Positions 50,655 to 62,499 of a DNA stretch of 64,000 bases are shown in pieces (position 1 is the stretch's first letter; each line of letters opens with the position of its first letter). The stretch is from Candidatus Latescibacterota bacterium (GTDB taxonomy: Bacteria > Latescibacterota > UBA2968), in contig OZ242311.1 of the NCBI GenBank assembly GCA_965207885.1, positions 128,001 to 192,000 on the forward strand, in the 5' to 3' direction. The position numbers and the translations under genes were made by a program. The notes beneath the pieces were generated by a model. That model was given only the letters and a program-made list of their open reading frames with translations. It had not been told where the DNA came from and made no database searches.

Positions 50655-52172
50655 ATGGCGACGAATTTGCAGATTCGCCCCGACGAAATTTCGGCACTGC
50701 TCAAACAGCAGATCCTGGATTCCAGGACTGAAATAGACGTCTATGAAAGCGGCACCGTACAGCAGGTGGGCGATGGCGTGGCCCGCGTGCAGGGGCTGGG
50801 CAATGTGCAGACCAGTGAACTGGTCGAATTTCCCAACGGCATTATGGGGATGGCACTCAACCTCGAAGAAGACAACGTGGGCTGTGTATTATTTGGCGAT
50901 GACACATTGATCCGCGAAGGCGACGAAGCCAAACGCACCGGACGCATTGCCGAAGTGCCCGTGGGCGAAGCCCTCCTGGGCCGCGTGGTAAACCCACTCG
51001 GCATGCCAATAGACGGCAAAGGCCCAATCAACCCCGAAGCGACACTACCCATTGAACGCAAGGCACCCGGCGTCATCGAGCGACAGCCCGTAACCGAAGC
51101 CCTGATGACCGGATTAAAAGTAATCGACTCAACCGTGCCAATCGGGCGGGGGCAGCGCGAACTGATCATCGGCGACCGGCAAACGGGCAAAACGGCGATT
51201 GGCGTCGATACCATCATCAACCAGAAAGACAGCGACGTGAAGTGCATCTATGTCGCCATTGGGCAAAAAGCTTCGACAGTCGCCAAAGTCGTGGCCGAAC
51301 TGGAAGCCAATGGCGCAATGGAATACACCATTGTCGTATCGGCCACAGCCAGTGAACCCGCCCCACTTCAATTCCTATCACCCTATTCGGGTTGCTCAAT
51401 GGGCGAGTATTTTCGCGACAAGGGCGAACACGCGCTGATTATTTACGACGATTTGTCCAAACAGGCGTGGGCTTACCGCGAAATGTCCCTGGTATTGCGC
51501 CGCCCGCCGGGCCGCGAAGCCTATCCCGGCGACGTATTTTATTTGCATTCGCGCCTGCTCGAGCGCGCCGCCAAAATGAGCGACGAACAGGGCGCAGGTT
51601 CGCTCACCGCATTGCCCGTCATTGAAATTCTGGAAGGCGATGTCTCTACCTTTGTGCCCACAAATGTGATATCGATTACCGACGGACAAATCCTGCTCAA
51701 ACCCGAGTTGTTCTACGCGGGTATCCGCCCCGCCATGGACGTGGGCGCATCCGTATCGCGCGTGGGCAGTTCGGCACAGACGAGCGCGATGAAAGCCGTT
51801 GCCAGAACCATCAAAGCCGACATCTCGCGCTACAACGAAGTCAAAGCCTTTGCGATGTTCGGCACAGAAGGCCTGGATGCCTCAACTCAAAATTTGCTGA
51901 ACCACGGCGAAAAATTAATCGAAATCCTCAAACAAGATCAGTATTCCCCGATGTCGCTGGAAGAACTCACCGTGGCACTTTTTGCCGCCAATCTGGCCGA
52001 TGATCTGCCCACTGAAGACGTGCGGCGCTTTGAGCGAGAATTGCTGGCGCACATAGGCCACAGTGAGTTGATGGAAGAAATCCGCGAAAGCGAAGACTTG
52101 AGCGACGAAAATGCCGAAAAGCTCACAGAAATAATTGAGAACTTCAAACGCGGCTTCCGCGTATCGGTATAA
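50655..52172 (+). CDS. atpA: ATP synthase F1 subunit alpha
   Basis: [17 protein letters not shown] and [24 protein letters not shown] motifs. Confidence 0.98.
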   Translation: MATNLQIRPDEISALLKQQILDSRTEIDVYESGTVQQVGDGVARVQGLGNVQTSELVEFPNGIMGMALNLEEDNVGCVLFGDDTLIREGDEAKRTGRIAEVPVGEALLGRVVNPLGMPIDGKGPINPEATLPIERKAPGVIERQPVTEALMTGLKVIDSTVPIGRGQRELIIGDRQTGKTAIGVDTIINQKDSDVKCIYVAIGQKASTVAKVVAELEANGAMEYTIVVSATASEPAPLQFLSPYSGCSMGEYFRDKGEHALIIYDDLSKQAWAYREMSLVLRRPPGREAYPGDVFYLHSRLLERAAKMSDEQGAGSLTALPVIEILEGDVSTFVPTNVISITDGQILLKPELFYAGIRPAMDVGASVSRVGSSAQTSAMKAVARTIKADISRYNEVKAFAMFGTEGLDASTQNLLNHGEKLIEILKQDQYSPMSLEELTVALFAANLADDLPTEDVRRFERELLAHIGHSELMEEIRESEDLSDENAEKLTEIIENFKRGFRVSV

Positions 52173-52190
52173 GAGAACAAAGGACCGGAT

Positions 52191-54427
<2,237 letters not shown>

Positions 54428-54432
54428 CAAAA

Positions 54433-54837
54433 ATGGCCACTTTTCAATTAGACATCGTAACACCCGAAAAAACCGTGTACTCCGGTGAAATTGAGCATTT
54501 TCAAGCACCGGGCGTTGACGGCAGCTTTGGCGTACTGGCGCGCCACCAACCCCTGCTGGCTGCACTCGGCATCGGTCGGGTCGGCTTCCGAGAAGCAGAC
54601 GGCACCGAGCGCACCCTTGCCATCAGCGGCGGCTTCGCCAATGTATCCAGTGATGGTGCAACAATCCTCGCAGAAGCCGCCGAATTTGGCGACGAGATCG
54701 ACATAGAACGCGCCCGCGCCGCGCGAGATCGCGCACAAGAGCGATTGGACAATCGCACGCCAGATGTAGATGTAGAACGCGCACAAAATGCACTGGCACG
54801 GTCGTTTATGCGGCTGCGTGTATCTGGAACCGAGTAA
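54433..54837 (+). CDS. atpC: ATP synthase F1 subunit epsilon
   Basis: LDIVTPE, GSFGVLARH, ISGGF and IDIERARAA motifs. Confidence 0.97.
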   Translation: MATFQLDIVTPEKTVYSGEIEHFQAPGVDGSFGVLARHQPLLAALGIGRVGFREADGTERTLAISGGFANVSSDGATILAEAAEFGDEIDIERARAARDRAQERLDNRTPDVDVERAQNALARSFMRLRVSGTE

Positions 54838-54859
54838 TATTTCTATAAATAGGAATAAG

Positions 54860-54892
54860 AAAGCACGCTCTGTTTAGAGCGTGCTTTTTTTT
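54860..54892 (+). terminator. Intrinsic terminator of the atp operon
   Basis: AAAGCACGCTC-tgttta-GAGCGTGCTTT followed by a T run. Confidence 0.9.
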
Positions 54893-54966
54893 CACAGGAT
54901 GATTATTTTTTGACTATAAATCCCAAACCTATACATCCACGGCGATTGAAAGGATAAAAATTAAAC

Positions 54967-55992
54967 ATGCCTGATATTGCGCGACACGTACTCGTAACAG
55001 GTGCTGCGGGATTCATTGGCTTTCATCTCTCCAGACGACTGCTCGAAATGGGGCATTCGGTGGTCGGATTGGACAACGTGAACGACTATTACAACATCCA
55101 GCTCAAAGAAGACCGCCTATCCATTCTAAAACGGGAAAGCGGATTCAAATTTGTTCGCATGCACCTCGAGGACGAAGCGGGAATAGCAAACCTCTTCCGC
55201 GCAGAGAACTTTTCTCATGTCATCAACCTCGCGGGACAGGCGGGTATGCCTTACAGTCTGAAAAATCCCCAAGCATTTGTCAAAAGCAATGTCCTGGGCT
55301 TCCTCAACATCCTGGAAGGATGTCGCCATTGCGGTATCGAACATCTGGTCTATGCATCCTCCAGTTCCGTTTACGGCTTGAACACCACCACACCTCACGG
55401 CGTCCATCAAAATGTCGATCACCCGATCAGCCTGTACGCGGCGACAAAAAAATCAGATGAACTAATGGCGCATGTGTATAGCCATCTATACGGCATCCCG
55501 ACGACGGGATTGCGCTTTTTCTCTGTGTACGGACCCTGGGGACGTCCGGATTTTGTCGCCTACTTGTGGACCAAAGCCATCCTGGAAAATCGACCGATAA
55601 AAGTCTATAATCATGGAAAAATGCGCCGCAGTTTTACATATGTCGGCGACATTGTCGAAGGCGTCACTCGCGTATTGTCAAATCCCGCAGCGCCAGCCCC
55701 CGAATGGACGGGACAATGTCCCGATCCGGGATCGAGTTCCAGCCCTTATCGGATTTACAATATCGGCAATCCGAATGTCATAGAATTGGATTATTTTTTA
55801 TCGCTATTAGAGGACTTGCTGGGCAAAAAAGCTATCCGAAAAGATTTGCCCATGCAGCCTGGAGATGTACAGGATAATGCAGCAGATGTATCGGACCTGA
55901 TGCGAGATGTGGGCTACAATCCCTCAACACCCATAGAAACAGGACTTGCAAATTTTGTCGCGTGGTACAGGGACTATCACAACATCAAATAA
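54967..55992 (+). CDS. UDP-glucuronate 4-epimerase-like NAD-dependent epimerase
   Basis: TGAAGFIG, YASSSSVYG, YAATKK, RFFSVYGPWGRPD and PMQPGDV motifs. Confidence 0.9.
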   Translation: MPDIARHVLVTGAAGFIGFHLSRRLLEMGHSVVGLDNVNDYYNIQLKEDRLSILKRESGFKFVRMHLEDEAGIANLFRAENFSHVINLAGQAGMPYSLKNPQAFVKSNVLGFLNILEGCRHCGIEHLVYASSSSVYGLNTTTPHGVHQNVDHPISLYAATKKSDELMAHVYSHLYGIPTTGLRFFSVYGPWGRPDFVAYLWTKAILENRPIKVYNHGKMRRSFTYVGDIVEGVTRVLSNPAAPAPEWTGQCPDPGSSSSPYRIYNIGNPNVIELDYFLSLLEDLLGKKAIRKDLPMQPGDVQDNAADVSDLMRDVGYNPSTPIETGLANFVAWYRDYHNIK

Positions 55993-56010
55993 ATCGGAGA
56001 AACACAAACG

Positions 56011-56044
56011 AAAAAACACGCTCTGTTCAGGGCGTGCTTTTTTT
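56011..56044. terminator. Terminator, near-copy of the atp terminator
   Basis: CACGCTCTGTTCAGGGCGTGCTTTTTTT is 26/28 identical to 54864..54891. Confidence 0.85.
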
Positions 56045-56059
56045 ATTACTCATGTCCTC

Positions 56060-56248
56060 TTACTTCTCAAACACCTTCAATTCTGCATCCAGATTATAGA
56101 GATGATGTTCGGATTCCGTCAATTTGGTCAACTTGTCGTAGTCTATAGCGGCAACATGATCAATCCTGAACTCCACCAGATTATGACTCAGCTATGCAAT
56201 CTGCTTTCTAAGATTGGCGAGTGTTGCTTGATTTACACGGGTTGCCAT
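56060..56248 (-). pseudogene. Small ORF interrupted by an in-frame TAG
   Basis: GAAGGGA then ATG; reads MATRVNQATLANLRKQIA*LSHNLVEFRIDHVAAIDYDKLTKLTESEHHLYNLDAELKVFEK with TAG at 56192-56194. Confidence 0.45.
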
Positions 56249-56312
56249 GTTGTAATCCCTTCAAATTTTATATACGAAGTTATTTTATTTTGGCTTCGCG
56301 GATAGCCCCGTC

Positions 56313-57359
56313 TTAATTTTTCAAAATATTCTTTTTGTGTTCGAATGCTTTGAGTTGTTTGATCTTCCCATCTACGGGCCAGGGATGTTTTTGATAGACT
56401 GGCAGTGATTTTAAGCCTTCTGTTTCTTCTACTGTACTGCATTTCTTGAGCAATTTATGGAGATTCCAGCGATCTAAGAGTGTCCATGTATCGTTGTATT
56501 TTGCAAACGCATTTTCTAAATCCTCAATACGATGCGGCAATGCCTCCTCCATCCTGCTAAGTCCCCCATCATAACAGTCCATTTGACGGGCAATGGCTGA
56601 TTCAGCAAACATCTGCATCTCTAAATCACCGGGAAATTCCCACATAATGAGTTTTGCAACCGCATCATTACATGCAAAACCGAGTTCAAGTTCAGAGGGA
56701 TCAAAAGCTGGCAACCGAATCCCCCGGGTACGTGAACCTGTGGTATCCCATACAACTTTGTGAAATGTCGCATCTGTAAAATTAGTACCCAATAGGCGTG
56801 CTCTTGACAACGTTGTATTCTCCAAATGGACGCCTATGCAATTTGCTACGGAAAAATTCGAGAAGGCAAAATCGGTCTCAATAATATGACTCTCATCCAG
56901 AATGGCTCCGCAAAAATCTGTATGAGCCAATTTTAGATGTGATAGCTCTGCCCCTCGCAATTTGGCACGATACAGTGTCGCGTATTTCAGATTGGTTTTG
57001 AACAGCTTTGCCCCTCTTAAATCTGCGCCCGTAAGGTCTGCACCCTCTAAATCCTCACCTGAGAAATCCGTCCCTTTCAAATCTGCACCCGCATAATTCT
57101 TATTAGATTCATTGAGCAGGTAGTCAGCTAACACTTCACCATCTGTTTCCTTTTCAATATAGTCTGCCAGGTTCACGGCGGTTCTGTAATAGAGCCTGTT
57201 CGTCTTCCCATTGAGAATTCTGCTCACTGTTTGCCGACTGACGCCTGTTTCGGACTCAATAACCTGTAGTTTCAGCCAGATATTCTTTCCATTTTTGCTC
57301 TTGCTATATAACTGTTTCAGATGTCTGGATATCCTATGCGCCACAAACCCATTCACCAT
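56313..57359 (-). CDS. Cro/CI-type HTH plus pentapeptide-repeat protein
   Basis: IESETGVSRQTVSRILNG (HTH) followed by ADLKG/TDFSG/EDLEG/ADLTG/ADLRG pentapeptides; GAGGTG RBS. Confidence 0.8.
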   Translation of the reverse strand: MVNGFVAHRISRHLKQLYSKSKNGKNIWLKLQVIESETGVSRQTVSRILNGKTNRLYYRTAVNLADYIEKETDGEVLADYLLNESNKNYAGADLKGTDFSGEDLEGADLTGADLRGAKLFKTNLKYATLYRAKLRGAELSHLKLAHTDFCGAILDESHIIETDFAFSNFSVANCIGVHLENTTLSRARLLGTNFTDATFHKVVWDTTGSRTRGIRLPAFDPSELELGFACNDAVAKLIMWEFPGDLEMQMFAESAIARQMDCYDGGLSRMEEALPHRIEDLENAFAKYNDTWTLLDRWNLHKLLKKCSTVEETEGLKSLPVYQKHPWPVDGKIKQLKAFEHKKNILKN

Positions 57360-57681
57360 TATGCACCTCAAGTGTGTGAATTGTGTGAAAAAAAATTCTC
57401 GACAACGAGTAATAAAAAATAGAAATTATTTATCAAGCCAGCTTTCTCACGAGTTGGTGATACGGTCAGAGGCGTACTTTGCTTTGACGGGTGAAGTATG
57501 CCTCTACTGTTATTCCGCAAAATAAGTGTATATGAACCTGATACGTAACTTCAAATCGGTCAGATTTAGATTGTGCTATTAAACACACGTTTGGATTTCA
57601 CATCGTATATGAATGTAATTGTAATGCTCCACAATTCAAGACAAAAATGTACCTGCCCATTAGACCAAAACTCGAGGTGGT

Positions 57682-57843
57682 ATGATGAACGCTCAGGACG
57701 AATCACAGAGTAACAGGCATGTCCCCTTGATTAAATCCTCAAGGGCAGGCTCTGCGGGTGTAAGCAGGGATGGACACAGAGACCAAATCCTCACAGCACT
57801 TGAAGAGGCGGCAAGCCAGATTTACCTTCCCGTAACGGAGTAA
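57682..57843 (+). pseudogene. 53-aa ORF, probable internally deleted sensor kinase
   Basis: GAGGTGG RBS; ends IYLPVTE* (like an HATPase last strand) 5 nt before the response regulator. Confidence 0.45.
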
Positions 57844-57848
57844 AAGAG

Positions 57849-59237
57849 ATGGAAAAAGAGAAAATCCTCGTAATAGATGACGAGCCGGATATGTTGAGCG
57901 GTTGCCAGAAGTTTCTGGAAGCAGCGGGATACACGGTTGTCATAGCAGAGTCGGGTGAAGCAGGTCTCGCGTTATTCGACACAGAAAACCCCGATCTGGT
58001 CATCGTGGATTTGAAAATGCCCGGGATAGACGGTATGGCTGTACTTCAAAGCATTATGGCGCGTGATCAAGAGGCTGTTGTGATCGTCTTTACAGGATAC
58101 GGAACCATTGAAGGTGCCGTAGAAGCGATCAAGGCAGGCGCATTTGACTTTATACAGAAGCTATTTGATCCAGAGGAATTTTTAATCGTCATAGAACGGG
58201 CACTGAAACTGCGGCGTGTGAGGATGGAAAATGTAGCGCTGAAGCAGATGCTGGATACGCGGTTTCGATTCGAAAACATCATCGGGAACAGTGAAGCGAT
58301 CACGCAGGTATTTGATCTAATACGAAAAATCAGCAATACACCTGCCAACGTCCTGATCACAGGGGAGAGTGGAACGGGCAAGGAACTGGTGGCGCAGTGT
58401 ATTCATGCAAATAGCAAGCGGAGCCACAAGCCATTTGTTCCGCTCAACTGCGGGGGCCTACCAGAGAATCTGGTTGAAAGTGAGATATTTGGTCATGCAA
58501 AAGGGGCATTCACAGATGCGAAACAGAACCGCGTCGGGTTAATCGAACACGCGAGGGGCGGGACATTTTTTCTCGATGAAATCGGGGAATTGCCCATGCA
58601 CCTTCAGGTGAAATTCTTGCGCGTTCTGGAGGACCACAAAATTCGCAGGTTGGGAAGCAATGAGGAGATAGAAATCGACATCCGTCTCATCTCGGCGACC
58701 AATCAGAATATCGAGGCGTTGATTGGAGAGGGCAAGTTTAGAGAAGATTTATTTTATCGACTTAACACATTTGAGATTCACTTGCCACCTCTCAGGGAAC
58801 GGCAGGGAGATATTCAACTTCTTACTCATCACTTTTTGAACTACTTTGCCGAGACCTCTGAAAAAGCGGTTCAAGGTATTTCCACTGAGGCGATGGATGT
58901 ATTGTGCGAATATACCTATCCGGGCAATGTACGGGAATTAATGCATGTGATGGAGCGAGCTGTCGCCCTGTCAGATGTGGATACGATCCAGCTTGAGGAT
59001 TTACCTGAAAATTTAATCACCCAGACCGAAGATATCATTGGTTCCGCGCAGACCGATTTGCCTTTCCAGGACGCCAAAGACGCCGTGATTGAGAATTTTG
59101 AGCAGACCTTTATTGACCGCCTCCTCAAAGCACACAATGGCAATGTGTCCCGTGCAGCCAGAAAGAACGGAACAGACCGGCGCACATTGCAACGGTTAAT
59201 CTCAAAATATGCAATAGATGTATCCACTTATAGATAG
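57849..59237 (+). CDS. Sigma-54-dependent response regulator (NtrC/AtoC family)
   Basis: REC domain (LVIDDE, VDLKMPG), GESGTGKE, ESEIFGHAKGAFTDA, FLDEIGE, FREDLFYRL, YPGNVREL and a Fis-type HTH. Confidence 0.95.
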   Translation: MEKEKILVIDDEPDMLSGCQKFLEAAGYTVVIAESGEAGLALFDTENPDLVIVDLKMPGIDGMAVLQSIMARDQEAVVIVFTGYGTIEGAVEAIKAGAFDFIQKLFDPEEFLIVIERALKLRRVRMENVALKQMLDTRFRFENIIGNSEAITQVFDLIRKISNTPANVLITGESGTGKELVAQCIHANSKRSHKPFVPLNCGGLPENLVESEIFGHAKGAFTDAKQNRVGLIEHARGGTFFLDEIGELPMHLQVKFLRVLEDHKIRRLGSNEEIEIDIRLISATNQNIEALIGEGKFREDLFYRLNTFEIHLPPLRERQGDIQLLTHHFLNYFAETSEKAVQGISTEAMDVLCEYTYPGNVRELMHVMERAVALSDVDTIQLEDLPENLITQTEDIIGSAQTDLPFQDAKDAVIENFEQTFIDRLLKAHNGNVSRAARKNGTDRRTLQRLISKYAIDVSTYR

Positions 59238-59515
59238 CGGTCAGTTCGCTCTCCCAATCTCACCCACCCTTAAAACCACTAAAGCCTACCCCACAATACC
59301 TGTACCTGCATGTTTTAAACAGGAGAGTAATACAGGGTAAGGCTCCCCCTACCCTCTAAATCAGCCAAGCCAGCCCCCAAGCGGTGTATAGCTGCTATAG
59401 AAGTTAATCCTCGGTTCCCAAGCGATTAGTTTTCAAAGGTCAACCCCTTCAGCCCCAATCTCCGGTATCCAGCCTCTCGCCTATTAACACTCAGAAGGTC
59501 AACGGATAGTAGCAG

Positions 59516-59692
59516 GTGCGACAGAGATGTCCCAAAAGTGCGACAGAGATGTCTCACTGGCTCCTTTTACTGCGGATTATATTTTTCAGATCAATAAAAA
59601 ATTTTCAGGAATAAATTATTGTAATAAAAATATATATAGAAAAAGTGGAGATATATGTAGCCAATGCAATTTAAAGTGGCACATATTTCGCT
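59516..59692 (+). promoter_or_regulatory. Sigma-54 enhancer (tandem palindromes) plus -24/-12 promoter, copy 1
   Basis: GTGCGACAGAGATGTCCCA at 59516 and GTGCGACAGAGATGTCTCAC at 59538, an AT-rich spacer, then TGGCACATATTTCGCT at 59677-59692. Confidence 0.75.
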
Positions 59693-59761
59693 TTTGAGTT
59701 TCATAGCAAAACAACTGTGAATTAATCGATATAGGAAAACTTAACATTAGAGGATAACATA

Positions 59762-61108
59762 ATGGCTATAACAGAAAGATTACCTTGGAGAATCGCCAAT
59801 CCCAGACAGATGCTGGAGGAAAAAATCGCATCGCACGAAGCGCGGATAGCGGTGATGGGACTGGGGTATGTGGGATTGCCTTTATCCGTGGCATTGGGCA
59901 AGGTGGGATTTTCCGTCACGGGAATCGATACATCGGCGCGCAAAGTAGATCTGGTAGAAGCGGGAAAGTCCGATGTGCAGGGTGTATCGGAATTTGAGGT
60001 GACAAGTCTTAAGGCTGTGGGGAAATTGACAGCAACACGAGAATGCGATGTGCTCGATGAGGCCGATGTGGTCGTGGTATGTGTGCCCACACCCTTGAAT
60101 AAAGCACGCGATCCGGATGTCTCATTTATTGTACAAGCCTGTAATGCAATCAAAGACCATCTGCACAGCGGACAACTGGTGATTTTGGAGAGCACGACGT
60201 ATCCAGGTACGACCCATGAACTGGTATTGCCTCTGCTCGAAGAAAGTGGCTTGAAGGTCGGTCGAGATTTTTTTCTGGTATTTTCCCCAGAGCGCGTCGA
60301 TCCGGGCAACAGGGTTTATACCATCACCAACACGCCCAAAGTCGTGGGGGGTATTACCCCGTCTTGCACAGAAATAGGCACGTATTTTTACCGACAATCG
60401 ATCGGCGAAGTCGTATCGGTCTCATCAACCCAGGCAGCAGAAATGACCAAGTTGCTGGAAAATACTTTTCGCAGTGTAAATATTGGTCTTGTCAATGAAG
60501 TGGCCCTGATGTGTGACCGCCTGGGGGTGGATGTTTGGGAAGTAATCGATGCCGCAACGACCAAGCCGTTTGGGTTTATGCCGTTTTATCCCGGTCCTGG
60601 GTTGGGCGGGCATTGTATCCCGGTTGATCCGCACTTTCTGGCCTGGAAGCTCAAGACCTTGAATTACAATGCGCGCTTTATCGAATTGGCCAGCGAAGTG
60701 ACGCGCAGCATGCCAGGGTATGTGGTCGATAAAATCACCGACGCACTCAACGAACACGAGCGGTGTTTGAAAGGCTCGAACATCCTGATATTGGGCGTGA
60801 CGTACAAACCCGATATGCGCGATATTCGCGAGTCACCAGCATTGGATATTATAGAAATGCTTCAGGAGAAAGGGGCGAAGGTCTCGTATTGCGATCCGTT
60901 TGTGGATCACTTGCAGACAGAAAGTTTGGACTTGAAGAGTATCTCCTTGAACGATAAAAATTTAACTGATGCCCATTGTGTGGTGATTGTGACACATCAC
61001 AGCGATTACGACTACGAATGGATTGTAAAGCGCGCGTGTTGTATTGTCGATACACGCAATGCCACACAGGCTGTATCTGGACAGAAAGATCACGTCTTTA
61101 AACTGTAG
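59762..61108 (+). CDS. Nucleotide-sugar 6-dehydrogenase (UDP-GlcNAc/WbpA-TviB type)
   Basis: GLGYVGLP, CVPTP, ESTTYPGTT, SPERVDPG, KLLENTFR and GGHCIPVDP motifs. Confidence 0.93.
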   Translation: MAITERLPWRIANPRQMLEEKIASHEARIAVMGLGYVGLPLSVALGKVGFSVTGIDTSARKVDLVEAGKSDVQGVSEFEVTSLKAVGKLTATRECDVLDEADVVVVCVPTPLNKARDPDVSFIVQACNAIKDHLHSGQLVILESTTYPGTTHELVLPLLEESGLKVGRDFFLVFSPERVDPGNRVYTITNTPKVVGGITPSCTEIGTYFYRQSIGEVVSVSSTQAAEMTKLLENTFRSVNIGLVNEVALMCDRLGVDVWEVIDAATTKPFGFMPFYPGPGLGGHCIPVDPHFLAWKLKTLNYNARFIELASEVTRSMPGYVVDKITDALNEHERCLKGSNILILGVTYKPDMRDIRESPALDIIEMLQEKGAKVSYCDPFVDHLQTESLDLKSISLNDKNLTDAHCVVIVTHHSDYDYEWIVKRACCIVDTRNATQAVSGQKDHVFKL

Positions 61109-61170
61109 CATTGGAGATCTCTGTGGGCTTCCTGTTAGGGGATCTCATTGGTGGCTTCTCAAGTCCCTTG

Positions 61171-61269
61171 TCGAGTTCTGTTTATGGCTTGAACACCACC
61201 ACGCCTCATGGCGTCCGTCGAAACGTCGATCATCCGATCAGCTTGTACGCGGCGACAAAAAAATCAGAT
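61171..61269 (+). pseudogene. 99-bp remnant of a UDP-glucuronate epimerase gene
   Basis: 89/99 identical to 55360..55458 (SSSVYGLNTTTPHGV..NVDHPISLYAATKKSD). Confidence 0.85.
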
Positions 61270-61285
61270 AGGCAGGTCAAGTCCA

Positions 61286-62476
61286 ATGAAAATTTTTAAA
61301 AACATCATGAATTTTTTTAAAACAAAAAGAAAAACTGCGTATTTATCTGATATAGCTATAAACATAGCCCAACAGGATCGAAAAGGGCTTTCTGATAATG
61401 ATCCAGGAGTCGAAACGGCCATTGAACTTGGAATGAAATGGCTTTGTCTTGCTCAAGATTGTTCAGCTTCACAAGATGGCGGTGTGGCCAGGCATTATAG
61501 CCTTATCAATGGCTGGGCAACTTCCTATCCAGAAACTACGGGTTATATTGTGCCAACACTTTTGGAATTTGCCCAACAAAATGATGACTTAGAGATTCGT
61601 TATAGAGCAAAGCGTATGCTTGATTGGCTCATCTCTATTCAATTTTCCGAAGGGGGATTTCAAGGTGGGAGAATTGATGCGAAACCTCGTTTACCTGTAA
61701 CTTTCAATACTGGACAAATTTTGCTTGGGTTAGCTATAGGTGTTAGGGAGTTTGGAAATACGTATCTCGGCCCGATGCAACGTGCTGCGGATTGGTTAGT
61801 GGATACAATGGATGTGGATGGATGCTGGCGAAATTATCCTTCGCCATTTACAATTATCGGAGAAAAGGCTTATGATACGCATGTTGCCTGGGGCTTATTA
61901 GAAGCAGCACGTATTTTGCCGGACAAGCCTTATAGTAAGGTAGCACTAAAAAATGTAGATTGGGCACTAACACAGCAGAGGAAGAATGGTTGGTTTGAAA
62001 ATTGTTGCCTCAATGATCCATCCAAACCATTAACCCACACATTAGGTTATGTACTTCGGGGAATATTGGAAGCATTCAGATTCACCAAAAAAGAAATTTA
62101 TTTATCAGCAGCTTGCAAAACAGCCCATGGAATATTAGAGGCCATGAGATCAGATGGTTTTATCCCTGGGCGACTTTCCGCAAATTGGCAAGGCGCGGTA
62201 AATTGGGCCTGTTTAACTGGAACAGCTCAAATTGCCTGCTGTTGGCTGATCCTTTATCAATTTACGGGCAACCAACACTATAGAGATGCCGCATATATAG
62301 CTAATCATTTTGTAAGACGCACTATAGAAGATGATGGTCCCCGTGAAATTCAAGGTGCTATAAAAGGCTCTTTTCCTATTGAAGGTGACTATGGCAAATT
62401 TGAGTATCTCAATTGGGCTTGCAAATTTTCCATTGATGCGAATATGCTGGAACATAAAATAAGAATCCAAAAATGA
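61286..62476 (+). CDS. (alpha/alpha)-barrel repeat protein associated with the polysaccharide locus
   Basis: SYPETTGYI and repeated WLxxxQxxxGxF/W units (prenyltransferase/squalene-cyclase-like repeats); AT-rich. Confidence 0.6.
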   Translation: MKIFKNIMNFFKTKRKTAYLSDIAINIAQQDRKGLSDNDPGVETAIELGMKWLCLAQDCSASQDGGVARHYSLINGWATSYPETTGYIVPTLLEFAQQNDDLEIRYRAKRMLDWLISIQFSEGGFQGGRIDAKPRLPVTFNTGQILLGLAIGVREFGNTYLGPMQRAADWLVDTMDVDGCWRNYPSPFTIIGEKAYDTHVAWGLLEAARILPDKPYSKVALKNVDWALTQQRKNGWFENCCLNDPSKPLTHTLGYVLRGILEAFRFTKKEIYLSAACKTAHGILEAMRSDGFIPGRLSANWQGAVNWACLTGTAQIACCWLILYQFTGNQHYRDAAYIANHFVRRTIEDDGPREIQGAIKGSFPIEGDYGKFEYLNWACKFSIDANMLEHKIRIQK

Positions 62477-62499
62477 TTTTCTAATCTTGTGAGGAGAAT

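Noticed and set aside
61208-61285. Upstream start for the alpha/alpha-barrel gene
   Set aside because: This stretch is mostly the epimerase remnant read in another frame; ATG 61286 or a later ATG is more plausible.
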